A stretch of 64,000 nucleotides of DNA from Mobula hypostoma (GCF_963921235.1 NC_086097.1:61630001-61694000); one strand, 5' to 3'; positions 1 through 12,186 are shown, counted from the stretch's first letter. Notes: a model not told the origin generated them from the sequence alone. Program-made: numbers and translations.

Positions 1-238
1 AACAATGCTTTGTGTAGATGTGCTCAGTAGTGGGGAGGGCTTTCCCCATGATGGACTGGGCTGTATCCTCTACTTTTTGTACGACTTTCCATTTAAGGGC
101 ACTGTTGTTTCCATACCAGGCTGTGATCCAACAAGTCAATATACACTTCACCACTCATCTATAGAAGTTAGTCAAAGTTTTAAATGTCATGTCAAATCTT
201 TGAAAACTGAAGGAAGTAGAGGCAATTCCGTGCTTTGA
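1..238 (-). mobile_element. Rex1/Babar-type non-LTR retrotransposon, C-terminal ORF fragment
   Basis: The minus strand reads KARNCLYFL... and continues collinearly with the C-terminal region (KKAHQCLYF..NFYRC) of the Rex1-like copy at 33431-33979; degenerate. Confidence 0.7.
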
Positions 239-629
239 CATATATTAATTTCCCAAATGATTCTTCGAAACAACTATTACCATGTTTTACCATTTGGGTG
301 TGAATTGGGCATTCTAGCAGCTGGAAAATGATGATATGGAGTTTCTTTCCATTCCCAATTATCTTCACCAAGGGCACAGATTAGAGGCTAGCATTTCTTG
401 TCAGGTGTCAGTGCTGCTCAGGGACTAAGTGAGAGGGGGAAAAGCTTTTCAATCTTCATTCTGTTGGAAGATCAGGAGTCATCATCATAGTTGTAGAGAA
501 ATGCAGCACAGAAACTGCTCCTTCGGCCCATCAACTCTATACAGCCATGAGGGAGTGCAATACTGTAACTCCTCTTAGGGAATGAGATAGTGCAAGTAAC
601 TTAAGTGGAGTCAGGCAGCACTTCAGTTC

Positions 630-945
630 TCGTGAATATAACTCTATTTAAGATAGTGATGGAAAAGTTTAGCCCAGGTCCACAGGTCAGAGTCCTAAAC
701 TGGCACAGGGCTAATTTTAGGGGATATTAGACCGGATCCAGCAGAGATTGATCAGGTGAGCCTATTTGAAAGGAAAGGAATGAATGACAAGTGGAATGCT
801 TTTAAGAGTGTGATAACAAGTGTCCAAGAGTAGCATGTTCCTTTTAGGGTGAAGGGTAAATCTGACAAGTTGAGAAAACCTTAGCTGACAAGAGATATTG
901 AGGCTCTGCTCAAGAAAAATATTGAAACATACATAAAGTTTAGGA
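630..945 (+). mobile_element. Degenerate CR1 ORF2 fragment (post-endonuclease linker)
   Basis: Encodes IVMEK...VRVLNWHRANF-like sequence, similar to the region near 58640-58720 of the long CR1 copy. Confidence 0.55.
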
Positions 946-969
946 GTTCAGGATTGAGCAAATCCTTCC

Positions 970-1103
970 ACAAACGAGAGAAAATCTGGAGATGCTGGAA
1001 ATCCAAGCAACACACACAAAATACCAGAGGAACTCAGCAGGCCAGGCAGCATCTGTTGAAAAGAGTGCAGTCAACATTTCAGGCCGAGAGCCTTCGGCAG
1101 GAC
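970..1103 (-). mobile_element. PLE terminal repeat fragment with hammerhead-like motif
   Basis: Matches a repeat seen many times in the window. The reverse complement of 1069-1103 is GTC-CTGCCGA-AGGCTCTCGGCCT-GAAATGTT-GACT. Confidence 0.7.
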
Positions 1104-1107
1104 CTTT

Positions 1108-1372
1108 GATGACTGTGACCTTGGGTGCTGTCAGTCTGGAGTTTGCATGTTCTCCCTGTGACCATATGGGTTTCTGCCAGGTGCTGTGGTACTCTCCCAC
1201 ATCCCAAAATGGCCACTGTAAGTTGTGAGAGTGAGCAATAGAATGCTGATGGCAAAGTGGGAAGAATAAAATAAAATTAGTGAAAATGAGCACTTAGTCA
1301 TAGAATCATAGCAGGATTGCCTCTGTCTTGATGCAAGCCAAAGGGCTTGTATCCATGCTGATTTGCTCAATG
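1108..1372 (+). mobile_element. tRNA-derived V-SINE (HE1-like)
   Basis: V-domain-like GGAGTTTGCATGTTCTCCCTGTGACC...CTCCCACATCCCAAAA and a tail ending ...AAGGGCTTGTATCCATGCTG. Confidence 0.7.
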
Positions 1373-1449
1373 ATTTAGTGACTAAGTGCCCATATTTACT
1401 AATCCTATTTTATTCTCCCCATTTTGCCATCAACTACCCGCATATTCTA

Positions 1450-4400
1450 CCAGTCTGCCAGGTCTGCTCCTACAGCACCTCCCAGGCTCCACCCAGATAA
1501 TAGGATTCACCTGCCACTCTCTTCCGATCCACCGACTCTTGGCAGGCATTTCCCACCAGTCATCCTCCTTCCTCTGAGCCATGGATTCCCATGCCCAAAT
1601 GCTTCAACAGATCCACAATCCGATGACACAACTTCCCGTCCCAGTGCCTCTTACACTTTGAGCTCCAGCTGTCTCTGTATTCTATGAGCTAGGCCAAAAT
1701 CGCCTACCTCATCTTTATTTGACTGGGCAAGCTCTGATGTGGGCCTCCGCTAATCAGTACAATAAAACATCCATTTGCAACAAATATGAGGATTTCACTG
1801 CAGAGGTGTGTCTGGTGTTCAACCACACCAGAAATGGAAGAGAGGCAGCTGATCGGATGTTTCACCTGGATCAAGGCTCATGCTCCGTGCTGAATTACAC
1901 TGTGGAATGCAGGACCCTAGTGGCAGACTTCAGCTGGAATGCGGCAGTGCCGCCAGCCCGTTATGATCATGGCCTCTCAGAGTGCTTGAATAATGAGCTG
2001 CCTACCCAGGAGATGCCTACTGACCTCTCACACCACATTACTCTGCCTCTCCGTATTGGTAAACGTTTTATGGAAGAACTCTCTAGATCATCAGCTGGAC
2101 CCCTAGTTCCATTCCGAGAGCCATCTCAGGCTGCAGGAGTCTTTTCACCAATGTCTCCAGAACCAGTGGTGCTAGGGAACACCCCAAGAGTGTAAACATC
2201 AATGGAGAAATAACTTGTCAACCTGCCGTGGAGCAGCCAACCAGCCGACCACCAATGCATCGAATGCCTACTGCATCTGGGAAACATTGCATACAGGTAG
2301 AGATGAGAGGCCTTCTATCTGGCAAGCTCTCCCTGGCCCCTCATTCCAGCACCAAAGCTTGACCCACTCTCTGCCCTCCTCCACACTAGGTTTTCTCTAC
2401 ATGCAGAGGAGGCTCTGGTAAATTCTGATGCAGCAGACAACTTTGTGGATCGGTCTGTGTGTATGGCTTGGACTCCCTATCGAGCCTATCTCTTAACCCT
2501 TCAGCATCACAACCATTGATGTTGCTTGGAATCTGGGAGAGTCAGTCTGCACACATGGCCCATGTACAGGAGCGTAGGTGAACACTTGCAAGTCCACCTA
2601 ATTACTCCTGATCGACACATCCAACACTCCTGTCAACTTAGGTTACCACTGGCTCTCCACTCACAACTCTCACTTTGCCTAGTCATTCAGTTCACTGCTG
2701 AATTGGGGACCCACTCACCTGCAAGTTCAGCTGATTTCACCTCATAAATTTATGGGCATGGGAAGCTCCTGACCTCACCAAATTCCCAAAGGAGTAGCCA
2801 GTACCCTGCTGCCTCATAGACCACACAACTGCACGATTGACTTCAGCCCAGGCACCACCCCACCCCAAGGCTATCTGTGCTCTCTCTCTCACTCTCACTT
2901 CCTGAGACATAATCCATGAATGACTACATTACAGAAGCACCACAGCACAAATTCATTTAAACATCCCAATCCCTAGCAAGTGCAAGATTCTTCTTTGTCA
3001 AAAAGAAAGATGAGGATTTTTGTTCTTGCATTGACTACTGTGGACTCAAGATCACCATTACTAATCTCTCTGTTTGATGGATAGCATATTTCACACACTC
3101 TGTGGGATCCAGGTCTTCAACAAGCTGGATCTACAGGGTGTGTACAACATGATCTGCTGCCAGGAGGATGAGTGGAAGACAGCATTCATAACACCCGTTG
3201 CCTACGAAGTGTACTTCGTGAGGCCTTTCAGACCCCCCAACAGTCCCACCATTTTCCAAACTTTCATTAACGAGATTCTCTGAGACTTGTGTAGTGTATT
3301 TAACATTTAAGTAATATTGTAGACATTTTGTTTGATTAAGCATTCTTTGTTTACATACAGTAATTCATTATGGGTTATGCATATGTAAGAAGTATGTGAA
3401 TGTCATTACATCACTATGTAATAGGAGAGTGCCTCACTAAGAAGCAAATAAGTAGAGCCAAGTCCCTGGCTCCTGGGTTTCTCTTTTGATTAGTTTCTCC
3501 AAGTTACAAAACATAACATTGGCGATGAGGAAGTTTTAAAATGAACCTGAGACGACTACCTGCCTGTTGAAGCACAGCACGTTTTTCTTCAGAAGTGGAG
3601 AGAAACTGTCGAGTTTAAGAAAGAGACAGAAAATGGATGAAATTCACTGGTTCATAAACAGGGTGAAAATAATATTTTTTTTTAAGAAAGCAGAAATAGC
3701 TGGCTACATCAGAAAAATAGTCATGTTCGATTGCATAAGAGAGCAGTGACCAAAGTATATGCCACAGATGCAGCCCTTTTTAGGGTTAATCAATCACTAT
3801 AACAGGTTTCTGCCAAACCCGGCTACTGTGCTCCACCCTTCGAACTCATCACTACAGATTGGGAAGAAATGGCAATGGAAAAAGCATCGTGAGCTGGCTT
3901 TCCAAAAGGTAAGGGAAATAGTGACATCAGACACTGTACTCGCTCATCATGATCCACATCATCCAGTGAAGCTTGCCTGTGATGCCTTGCCTTATGTATA
4001 GGTGCTATCGGGCCACATGTTGTGATGGAAGTGAATACCTTGATAGCCTTTGCTTGATAGTGTTTTCTTGCCACTGCAGCAAATAATTATGCACAGGTTG
4101 ACAGAAAGGCCTAGAATCTGGTTTCGGGAGTAAAACTTTTCCGACAATATTTTGTATGATATAGTGTTTACCCTCATTACTGATCATCAACCACTGGTAT
4201 CCATTTTCAATGCACAGAGAGTGTTCCACTAACAGCAGCCGCACAAATACAAAAGATAAGCTCTGTTTGTCCCTCATGCAAATCAGAAGAGTTCCTATTA
4301 TGGCAGAGATGATCCAACTTGAAATCATGTAGACCTGAGAGTTTGTTTCTTCAAAAGCTAATTGAAATAAAAACGCAGGAGCTGGGAAAACATGCCTATT

Positions 4401-4818
4401 TAGTTTATTTCTTTAGTGAGACTCTGACATATGACATGGTGGTGTAATGACGTATGCCATTCACATACTTCTTACATGTAATCAGTAATGAATTATGTAA
4501 ACAACAAACATTTAATAAAACAATATATTTACAATATTACTCAAATATTCCTGAAATATTAAATACACTGCAATATGCTATACAGGTATGTGTTCATCTA
4601 CCTCACGGACACCTTCATTTTCTCATCCACAGTCCTCGTTCACTCATCAATCCAGTCAGCCTCATCCTCATTACCGATGGTGTTCTGTTTCTGTTCTCTC
4701 TTGGTTTGTGGACCCTCGTAGCTTGTTATTTTGCCGTCTAATACTTAAATTATCGATTACTGCTGAATCAACTCCACTACTTTGATTTTAGGCCAAGCCT
4801 CTTCTATATTTCCTAACA
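1450..4818 (+). mobile_element. Degenerate, internally deleted sushi-type (chromoviral) Gypsy LTR retrotransposon: gag, protease, RT N-terminus, partial 3' LTR
   Basis: Gag in ORF 1719-2195 (LTGQALMWA...DQGSCSVLNYTVECRTL), protease ALVNSDAADNF at ~2410-2445, RT FFVKKKD...CIDYCGL, FNKLDLQGVYN..DEWKTAFIT, FQTFINEIL, and YVFIYL(T)D at 4587-4612. Ends ...CCTAACA at ~4818. Confidence 0.85.
3290..4572 (+). mobile_element. Second Gypsy family (Mag-like, tRNA-Ser primed), internally deleted: LTR-PBS-gag start-RT/RNase H fragment-inverted LTR
   Basis: LTR TGTAGTG...ATAACA at 3290-3518, PBS TGGCGATGAGG at 3520-3530, gag start AGYIRKI, and RNase H/connection FLGLINHYNRFLPN...VKLACDA (ORF 3759-4001). 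Reverse-complemented LTR at ~4350-4572. Confidence 0.85.
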
Positions 4819-5384
4819 ATATTATCCTTGCAATAAGGGTAACTTAGTGATCAATTTAGAATGTAGGAGGAAGACAAACAACCTGGAAGAAACCCGCATG
4901 GTCACGGGGAGAACCTGCAATCTCCACACAGCCAACACCTAGGCTCTGGTTTGAACCCAGGTTATTGAGCTATATCATTGAGCCACCCACAAGAGGACTC
5001 ATTTCTGCACACAGTGTTGGAAGAACAAATCTTGCCTTCTGGATCTTCTCACCTCCTATTGATAGTAGTTCTCAATCTAGTCTGTGTCTTCTTCCCACTT
5101 CTGACCCAGACCACGGAAGATCCAAGTAAGACAGTGATGAAGAGTGCTGAGTCTGTGCAAGTTTCTACCCTAAAGGTGTTTGTTCATAAAATACTCAAAG
5201 CAGAAGTCGATAAAACTTTGAAAGATTCTAGAGGTTGGGAGATATTCAGTTTTTTATTGCTGTCTTTTTTAAAACCTGATTAGGTTGTTATTATTGATCA
5301 AAATTGTGTTTACCCTTTTTTCAAGAATGGCAGCTGCCAGGTAAATTGGCAATCAGTGCCATAAAACACCTTTGTTCAATCTTG

Positions 5385-5510
5385 GCAACACACACTCAAA
5401 ATGCTGGAGGAGCTCGATAAGTCAAGCAGAATATATGGAAATGATTAAACAGTTGATGTTTCGGGCCAGACCCTTCAGATTTCCAGCATCTGTAGAATTT
5501 CTTGTGTTTA
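5385..5510. mobile_element. Short PLE-terminus insertion with internal inversion
   Basis: An antisense terminal repeat up to ...GACCCTTCA is joined to the sense 3' end GATTTCCAGCATCTG. TTTGTTCA flanks both sides (5371, 5514). Confidence 0.65.
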
Positions 5511-5924
5511 TGATTTGTTCATTTTTGAATGCTTTAACAAGATGATGCCTTACATTAAAGGGAACTGAAACTGCTGTCACTTCACAATCTACTTTGCCCA
5601 TATGGATGCTTTTAAGGTTCTAAGATATTCAGGAAAATCATCCTTTCATTCATGTTAGAAGGAACATTTCCAGAGGAATTGTGGGCAGATTATTGGCGAT
5701 GTGTTGACAAAGTATGCCAGAAGATTTGCAGAGTGTTTTCAATTATCACAAAAATGAACAGTATGTTTAAATAGTAGTCACAAACCTCAACCATAAGTTG
5801 CCTACTTCCATTCAATTGGTTACCATGAGGAGAAGGAGTTAGACGAGACCCTAGCCAGTATAAGTAAACACGAGAACGCATTACAAGTGTGCATTAGCTA
5901 CCTTATCATTATCTGGTGGTTATA

Positions 5925-6170
5925 CAGTCGTTCAGTACAAAAGTGGGCCCTTTGACCCTACTGATCCATGCCGACCAATATTTCCATCCAAATTAGACCC
6001 ATTTGCCTGTGTTTGGCCCATATCCTTCTAAATCTTTCCTAATCGTGGACCTGTCCAAGTGCTTTTTTAAATGTTACTGTCCCTAACTCAGCCACTTCCT
6101 CTAGCAGCTCATTCCATTTTCCATTCTCTGGGTGAAAAATGTTGGCGCTCAGATACCTATTAAATTCCTT
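5925..6170 (-). mobile_element. Old CR1 3' end fragment
   Basis: Typical reverse-complemented CR1 3' UTR (GGCCCTTTGACCC...CCCATTTGCCTGTGTTTGGCCCATATCC). Confidence 0.65.
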
Positions 6171-6486
6171 GTAAATACCAATCAACTGCCCTCCCTCCTT
6201 AGAGCTACACCTTAGCTCTTAATTCCCTAAGAATGAAGTTGAAACCAGCAGTTCTGCTTTTGCCACCGTGCTGTATAGAGGGAGATGCATAGTGGGAGGA
6301 TAGTGAAAGAGCTACTCGCCAGAAAAGCCCTGGACTCACATAAAAGTAAGTACTGAAGATTTAATCACTGTTAGGGATTAACCTAGGGTTATGAAATTAT
6401 GGACAGCAGATATTAATTAAGAAAGGGACAGAAGGGACTGCAGAACCAGACTTTAGGAAGTAAAACCTATTCACAATCTAACTTTA

Positions 6487-7150
6487 ATAGACAATAGACA
6501 ATAGGTGCAGGAGTGGGCCATTCGGCCCTTCGAGCCAGCACCGCCATTCACTGTGATCATGGCTGATCATCCACTATCAGTATCCAATCCCTGCCTTATC
6601 CCCATAACCTTTGATTCCACTATCTTTAAGAGATCTAGCCATCTCTTTTTTGAAAGCATCCAGAGACTTGGCCTCCACAGCCTTCTGGGGCAGAGCATTC
6701 CATATATCCACCACTCTCTGGGTGAAAAAGTTTTTCCCCAACTCCATTCTAAATGGCCTACCCCTTATTCTTAAACTGTAGCCTTTGGTTCTGGACTCAC
6801 CCATCAGCGGGAACATGCTTCCTGCCTCCAGCGTGTCCAATCCCTTAATAATCTTATACGTTTCAATAAGATCCCCTCTCAGCCTTCTAAATTCCAGAGT
6901 ATACAAGCCCAGTCGCTCCAATCTTTCGACATATGACAGTCCCGCCATCCCGGGAATTAACCTTGTGAACCGACGCTGCACTCCCTCAATAGCAAGAATG
7001 TCCTTCCTCAAATTTGGAGACCAAAACTGCACACAGTACTCCAGGTGTGGTCTCACCAGGGCCCTGTACAGCTGCAGAAGGAGCTCTTTGCTCTTATACT
7101 CAATTCCCCTTGTTATGAAGGCCAGCATGTCATTAGCTTTCTTCACTGCC
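6487..7150 (-). mobile_element. Young 5'-truncated CR1 LINE (ORF2 C-terminus, 3' UTR, (TCTATTG)n tail)
   Basis: Open 191-aa ORF with LYRALVRPHLEYCVQFWSP, RRLRGDLIETYKI and FFTQRVVDIWNALP; tail AATAGACAATAGACAATAG. Confidence 0.95.
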
Positions 7151-7539
7151 ACTGATGCTTTGGGTTCATTGAAACTAATTGTTGAGAGTGAGGCTTTCTG
7201 ATTCTGTACTGAAACTATGCTGGGGAAGAAAATAAGTGAATGTTCATGTTAACTGGTGCCAATTTAGAACTTCAGGTTAAGATCAGGGAAGACATTAACT
7301 GTTTGTCTCCTGTGTTAACATATTGTTAAAAGCATATCCCTGCTACTTAATGCAAAGTTCAGGGCAGATCTGTTTCATTAATTAAAGTTTTGCCAGTTGG
7401 ATGTACTACTATGTAAGTATGCATTTCTGCAAATTTACATGCTGCATTCGGAATGTTGAAGTAGCAAAATGTTATAGTCATTGAACCTGTAGTTAGTTTT
7501 TATTCTCACCCTGGTATTTAAAAAGTCTAAAACTTTGGG

Positions 7540-7590
7540 CAACGCACACAAAATGCTGGGGGAACTCAGCAGATCAGGCTGCAAATCAAG
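7540..7590 (-). repeat. PLE terminal repeat micro-fragment
   Basis: GCAACGCACACAAAATGCTGGGGGAACTCAGCAG matches the recurring repeat. Confidence 0.6.
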
Positions 7591-8422
7591 AGGAAAACAT
7601 TGTAGCTAGAGCCAAAATAGATTCCCTCCAGAAGACTTGCTGTGTTGAATAAAGACATTTATATCTCCCAGTTACAGCTTCCTTGTGGCCCAGTATAGTC
7701 AGTTACAACAGCAACAGCTACAAATAGCAAAACATCATACTCTGTCAAATGCCAAACAATACAGGAAAATCCAAACAAAATTTATTTAATGATCAAAGAG
7801 AACCTATAGATTCTCATACAACTAAAGAGGTAAGAGGCTTTCTGGATGCTGGAACATAAACTCTTCATGTTATGATAATGTTTCATAACATTTTGCTACT
7901 AACACATTTGCAAGATGAAATAATATGAATTGCAGAAGAAGGCAAGTAACTATGTACATATATAAAAAATCAAGTCACTAAATATTATTAAATCATTTTT
8001 TCCTGACTGTTCCATCATGATATGTTGCTATGAAAATCATGGTCACAATGATGGCTGGTTGTTTTGTATTAGAATGAGGTAAACTTCCAATAACATTCTG
8101 GCCGTAACTGCCATTATACTAAAGTGGCAATGTCAAAATCACTTATCAATTGACCTGAAGAGTTCAACTCATAATGTTTAGAATTATGCAATTATTCTCG
8201 CTGAAACTAAAATGGGAATACTAAATTTTAATCAAAGGCTATCTGTTATTTGAGAATAAGATGTGTTATAATTTGATGTTTGAGCCAGCTAAGTATATAT
8301 AACTTTTACCCATATCAAACAAATAGGAGTTCAATTTAAGGTATCCAGATCAACATGTCAACAGGTTTACTTATTGCATTTTTATCCTGTTATGTCTACA
8401 ATGCTGGTATAATTATGGTTTA

Positions 8423-10367
8423 TAATGACATAGGTAGGAAAAAGGAGGAGGAACTTAGCGATATAGGCATGACTTACAGAGGACTGAAATGTTTAAACAT
8501 GCAGATATTAAGAAAGAGGATGTGCTGGAGCTTTCGGAAGGCATTAAGTTAGATAAGTCACCGGAACTGTTCGAGATGTACCCCTGGCTACTGAAGAGCA
8601 AGGGAGGAGATTGCTGAGCCTCTGGCAATGATCTTTGCATCATCAATGGGGATGGGAGAGGTTCCGGAAGATTGGAGGGTTGTGGATGTTGTTCCCTTCT
8701 TCAAGAAAGGGAGTAGAGATAGCCCAGGAAATTATAGACCAGTGAGTCTTACTGCAATGATTGGTAAGTTGATGGAAAAGAGAGGCAGAATTTATGAACA
8801 TTTGAAGAGGCATAATATGATTAGGAATAGTCAGCATGGCTTTGTCAAAGGCAGGTCGTGCCTTACGAGCCTGATTGAATGTTCTGAGGATGTGACTAAA
8901 CACATTGATGAAGGTAGAGCAGTTGATGTAGTGTATATAGATTTCAGCAAAGCATTTGATAACGTACCCCATGCAAGGCTTATTGAGAAAGTAAAGAGGC
9001 ATGGGATCCAAGGGGACATTGTTTGGGGATCCAGAATTGGCTTTCTCACAGAAGGCGAAGAGTGGTTGTAGACAGGTCATATTCTGCATGGAGTTCAGTG
9101 ACCGGTGGTGTGCCTGAGGGATCTGTTCTGGGACCCCTTCTCTTCGTGATTATTATAAATGACCTGGACAAGGAAGTGGGGGGGGGGATGGGTTAGTAAA
9201 TTTGCTGATGACACAAAGGTTGGGGGTATTGTGGATAATGCAGATGGCTGTCAGGGGTTACAGAGGGACATCGATAGGATGCACAACTGGGCTGAGAAGT
9301 AGCAGATGGCATTCAACCCTGGTAAGTGTGAGGTGGTTCATTTTGGTAGATCAGATATGATGGCAGAATATAGTATTAATAGTAAGACTCTTGGCAGTGT
9401 GGAGGATCAGAGGGATCTTGGGGTCAGAGTCCATAGGACACTCAAAGCTGCTATGCAGGTTGACTCTGTGGTTAAGAATGTATATGGTGCATTGGCCTTC
9501 ATCAACCGTGGGATTGAGTTTAGGAGACGAGAGGTAATGTTGCAGCTATATAGGACCCTGGTCAGACCCCAATTGGAGTACTGTGTTCAGTTCCGGTCAC
9601 CTCACTACAGGAAGGATGTGGAAACCATGGAAAGGATGCAGAAGAGATTTACAAGGATGTTTTGCATAGAAAGAGTACAGAAGATATTTACAAGGGGATA
9701 TTTTGGATCTCCCCCTCCCCCTCCCACTTCCAAATCTCTTACTAGCTCTTCTTTCAGTTAGTCCTGACCAAGGATCTCGGCCCGAATCGTCGACTGTACC
9801 TCTTCCTGGAGATGCTGCCTGGCCTGCTACGTTCACCAGTAACTTTTATGTGTGTTGTTTGAAATTCCAGCATCTGCAGATTTCCTCGTGTTTACGTCCT
9901 TGAGTTTACAAGGATGTTGCCTGGGTTAGGGACCATGCCTTATGAGAATAGGTTGAGTGAACTCGGTCTTTTCTCTTTGGAATGACGGAGGATGAGAGGT
10001 GGCCTGATAGAGGTGTATAGGATGATGAAAAACATTGATCGTGTGAATAGTCAGAGGCTTTTTCCCAGGGTTGAAATGGCTAACACGAGAGGGCACAGTT
10101 TTAAGGTGCATGGAAGTGGGTACAGAGGAGATGTCAGGGGTAAGTTTTTTACACAGAGAACGATGAGTGCATGGAATGGGCTGTCGGCGACAGTGATGGA
10201 GGCGGATACAATAGGGTCTTTTATGAGACTCCTGGATAGGTACATGGAGCTTAGAAAAATAAAGGGCTGTAGGTAACCCTAGGTTATTTTCTAAAATAAG
10301 TACATATTCGGCACAGCATCATGGGCCGAGGGCCTGTATTGTGCTGTAGGTTTTCTATGTTTCTATG
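8423..10367 (+). mobile_element. CR1 LINE, RT domain to 3' tail, degenerate, with PLE insertion
   Basis: PGNYRPVSLT, SQHGFVKGRSC, YIDFSKAFD and KFADDTK motifs; tail TTTCTATGTTTCTATG. Collinear with 59200-60866. Confidence 0.95.
9662..9904 (+). mobile_element. PLE terminal repeat inserted in CR1, 14-bp TSD
   Basis: TTTACAAGGATGTT at 9648-9661 and 9905-9918; decayed hammerhead motif at 9760-9795. Confidence 0.8.
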
Positions 10368-10484
10368 CCCATATAGGGTAGAAAGTGAGAAACAAGGAAG
10401 CAGACACATGATTTGCTGCTTGCTGGTGACCATTCTTTGACAAACTACACTGGTGAACAAACCCAGCCTTCAACTACAATCTTA

Positions 10485-10662
10485 ATAATGATGAAAGGCC
10501 TTGATGCACTGGGTGTTGAGAGGATGTTTTCTATGGTTGGAGAGTCTAAGACCAGAGGACATAGCCTCAGAGTAGAGGGCTGTCCTTTTAGAATGGAGAC
10601 AAGGAGGAATTTCTTTAGCCAGAGAGTAGTAAATCTGTGGAATTCTTTGCCACAGTCAGCTG
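10485..10662 (+). mobile_element. CR1 C-terminal fragment
   Basis: TRGHSLRVEGCPFRMETRRNFFSQRVVNLWNSLPQ. Confidence 0.85.
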
Positions 10663-10900
10663 TGACACCGGATGGTGTAAACCCCAAGGTCCTGAAGGAG
10701 TGTGCTAAGCAGCTGTATGGTTCTCTGGCACATTTTTAATCTGTCCCAGGAGGGTCTCAACTGTGTGGAAAACATTATGTGTGGTCGCAGTACCCAAGAA
10801 GGGCCAACTGAAAGTCTTGAATGACGACCATCCAGTGTCCCTGACCTTATACATCAGAAGACCCTAGAGAGGCTGGTCGTGGCTCACCTCTGACCCCTGG
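10663..10900 (+). mobile_element. Rex1/Babar RT N-terminal fragment
   Basis: PDGVNPKVLKECAKQL followed by VPKK...LND.HPVSLT-like coding remnants. Confidence 0.7.
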
Positions 10901-11911
10901 TTTGTGCTGTTGGTTTTTTTATGTTCTATATTCTATAAATACATCATGAAACAAAGTGTAGAAATAGATCAAGATTCATGATTCAGGGTTGTTTAATGTA
11001 ATTTTGAGTGCACAAGTGCAAAGCAGAGCAAAATAATTGTTACTTTGGATCAAAATCAAGAGTAGCTAAAGCGCTAAGGCTGAACGAAAATAGTAACATA
11101 TTCAGCACAGAATATCAGTTGTAAAGGTAGGCCTCAGTCGCTGTCATTACATATCCAAGTCGAGACTTAAACCAGCAGCAAAATGTTTGTCATGTCATGA
11201 TTGAATTGGCATTCAGAAACAAGTAAAGTAAGTAATTTAGAATCAAAAAATTTGAAGTAAATATTTACTGAGAGAGCAAAATGTCACTAATGTTCCTTCC
11301 AAATTATAACTGAGCATTTCTATAAGTTAATCGCTTGCATTCTCATATTTTTCACAATAAAAGGAGATAATCTCTCATATAATTTTGCAAGTTGACTTGA
11401 TGATATTAAGGAAACAGTAGCGTCATGCCAAGTAGAAATACAGGAGTACCTGTAATTATACGTATAGTGTACTGTATGTACAGTATAGGGAATTTTGGAA
11501 AGATTCAAAGAGCTAGGAAGACATAAAAGAGTCTTAGTATTAGTAATATTTGGGGACATGATTGTGGTATTATCAAGTTTTGTTGCTAATTCAGTTGTGA
11601 TGTATTCTCAAAATTTATGAAAATTGCCATTGGACAACAGGATTACAAATGACACTCCAAAATTAATAAGGAAGGAAGAAACCAAGTGACTACAAACCAT
11701 TGAATTAACACTAATTATTGGGAAGTTATCCCAATAAAAATTAATGTTATCTTTCCCTCTGAATTTCTCCTCAGAGTGAGTAAAAAAGACCATCTGCACA
11801 ATTAGTAGCTGAACAAAGAACAAGATATATCTGACCAGTTACATTGAAGAGATTAGTGTCTAGGCAGGCATCAAATGATGTTGCCTTTATGAACTTCCAG
11901 AAGTCACTTTT

Positions 11912-12186
11912 TACTTTATACTTTATTGTCGCCAAACAATTGATACTGGAGCGTAAAATCATCACAGCGACATTTGATTCTGTGCTTTGCACTCCCTGGA
12001 GTACAAATCAATAGTAAATGTTAAAAATTTAAATTATAAATCATAAATAGAAAACAGAAAAGGGAAAGTAAGGTAGTAAAAAAAAACCGAGAGGCAGGTC
12101 CAGATATTTGGAGGTACGGCCCAGATCTGGGTCGGGATCCGTTCAGCAGTCTTATCACAGTTGGAAAGAAGCTGTTCCCAAATCTT
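11912..12186 (-). mobile_element. Rex1/Babar 3' end
   Basis: NSFFPTVIRLLNGS plus a 3' UTR nearly identical to 33930-34216 on the opposite strand. Confidence 0.9.

Larger units (their letters stand above)
1378..4990 (-). mobile_element. V-SINE split in two (1378-1450 and ~4830-4990) by the Gypsy insertion
   Basis: 1379-1449 is the reverse complement of 1240-1300. 4860-4990 carries the reverse-complemented V-domain and B-box (TTTGAACCC). The order matches the intact minus copy at 30130-30430. Confidence 0.6.

Noticed and set aside
1719..2195. Domesticated PEG10/RTL-like gag gene
   Set aside because: It starts at a non-ATG codon and sits in a sushi element whose zinc knuckle, protease and RT are broken by stops, frameshifts and an insertion; ordinary TE decay.
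6785..7201. Long antisense ORFs over CR1/Rex1 copies (also 8643-9089, 24303-24689, 60297-60632)
   Set aside because: Shadow frames of retroelement coding sequence.
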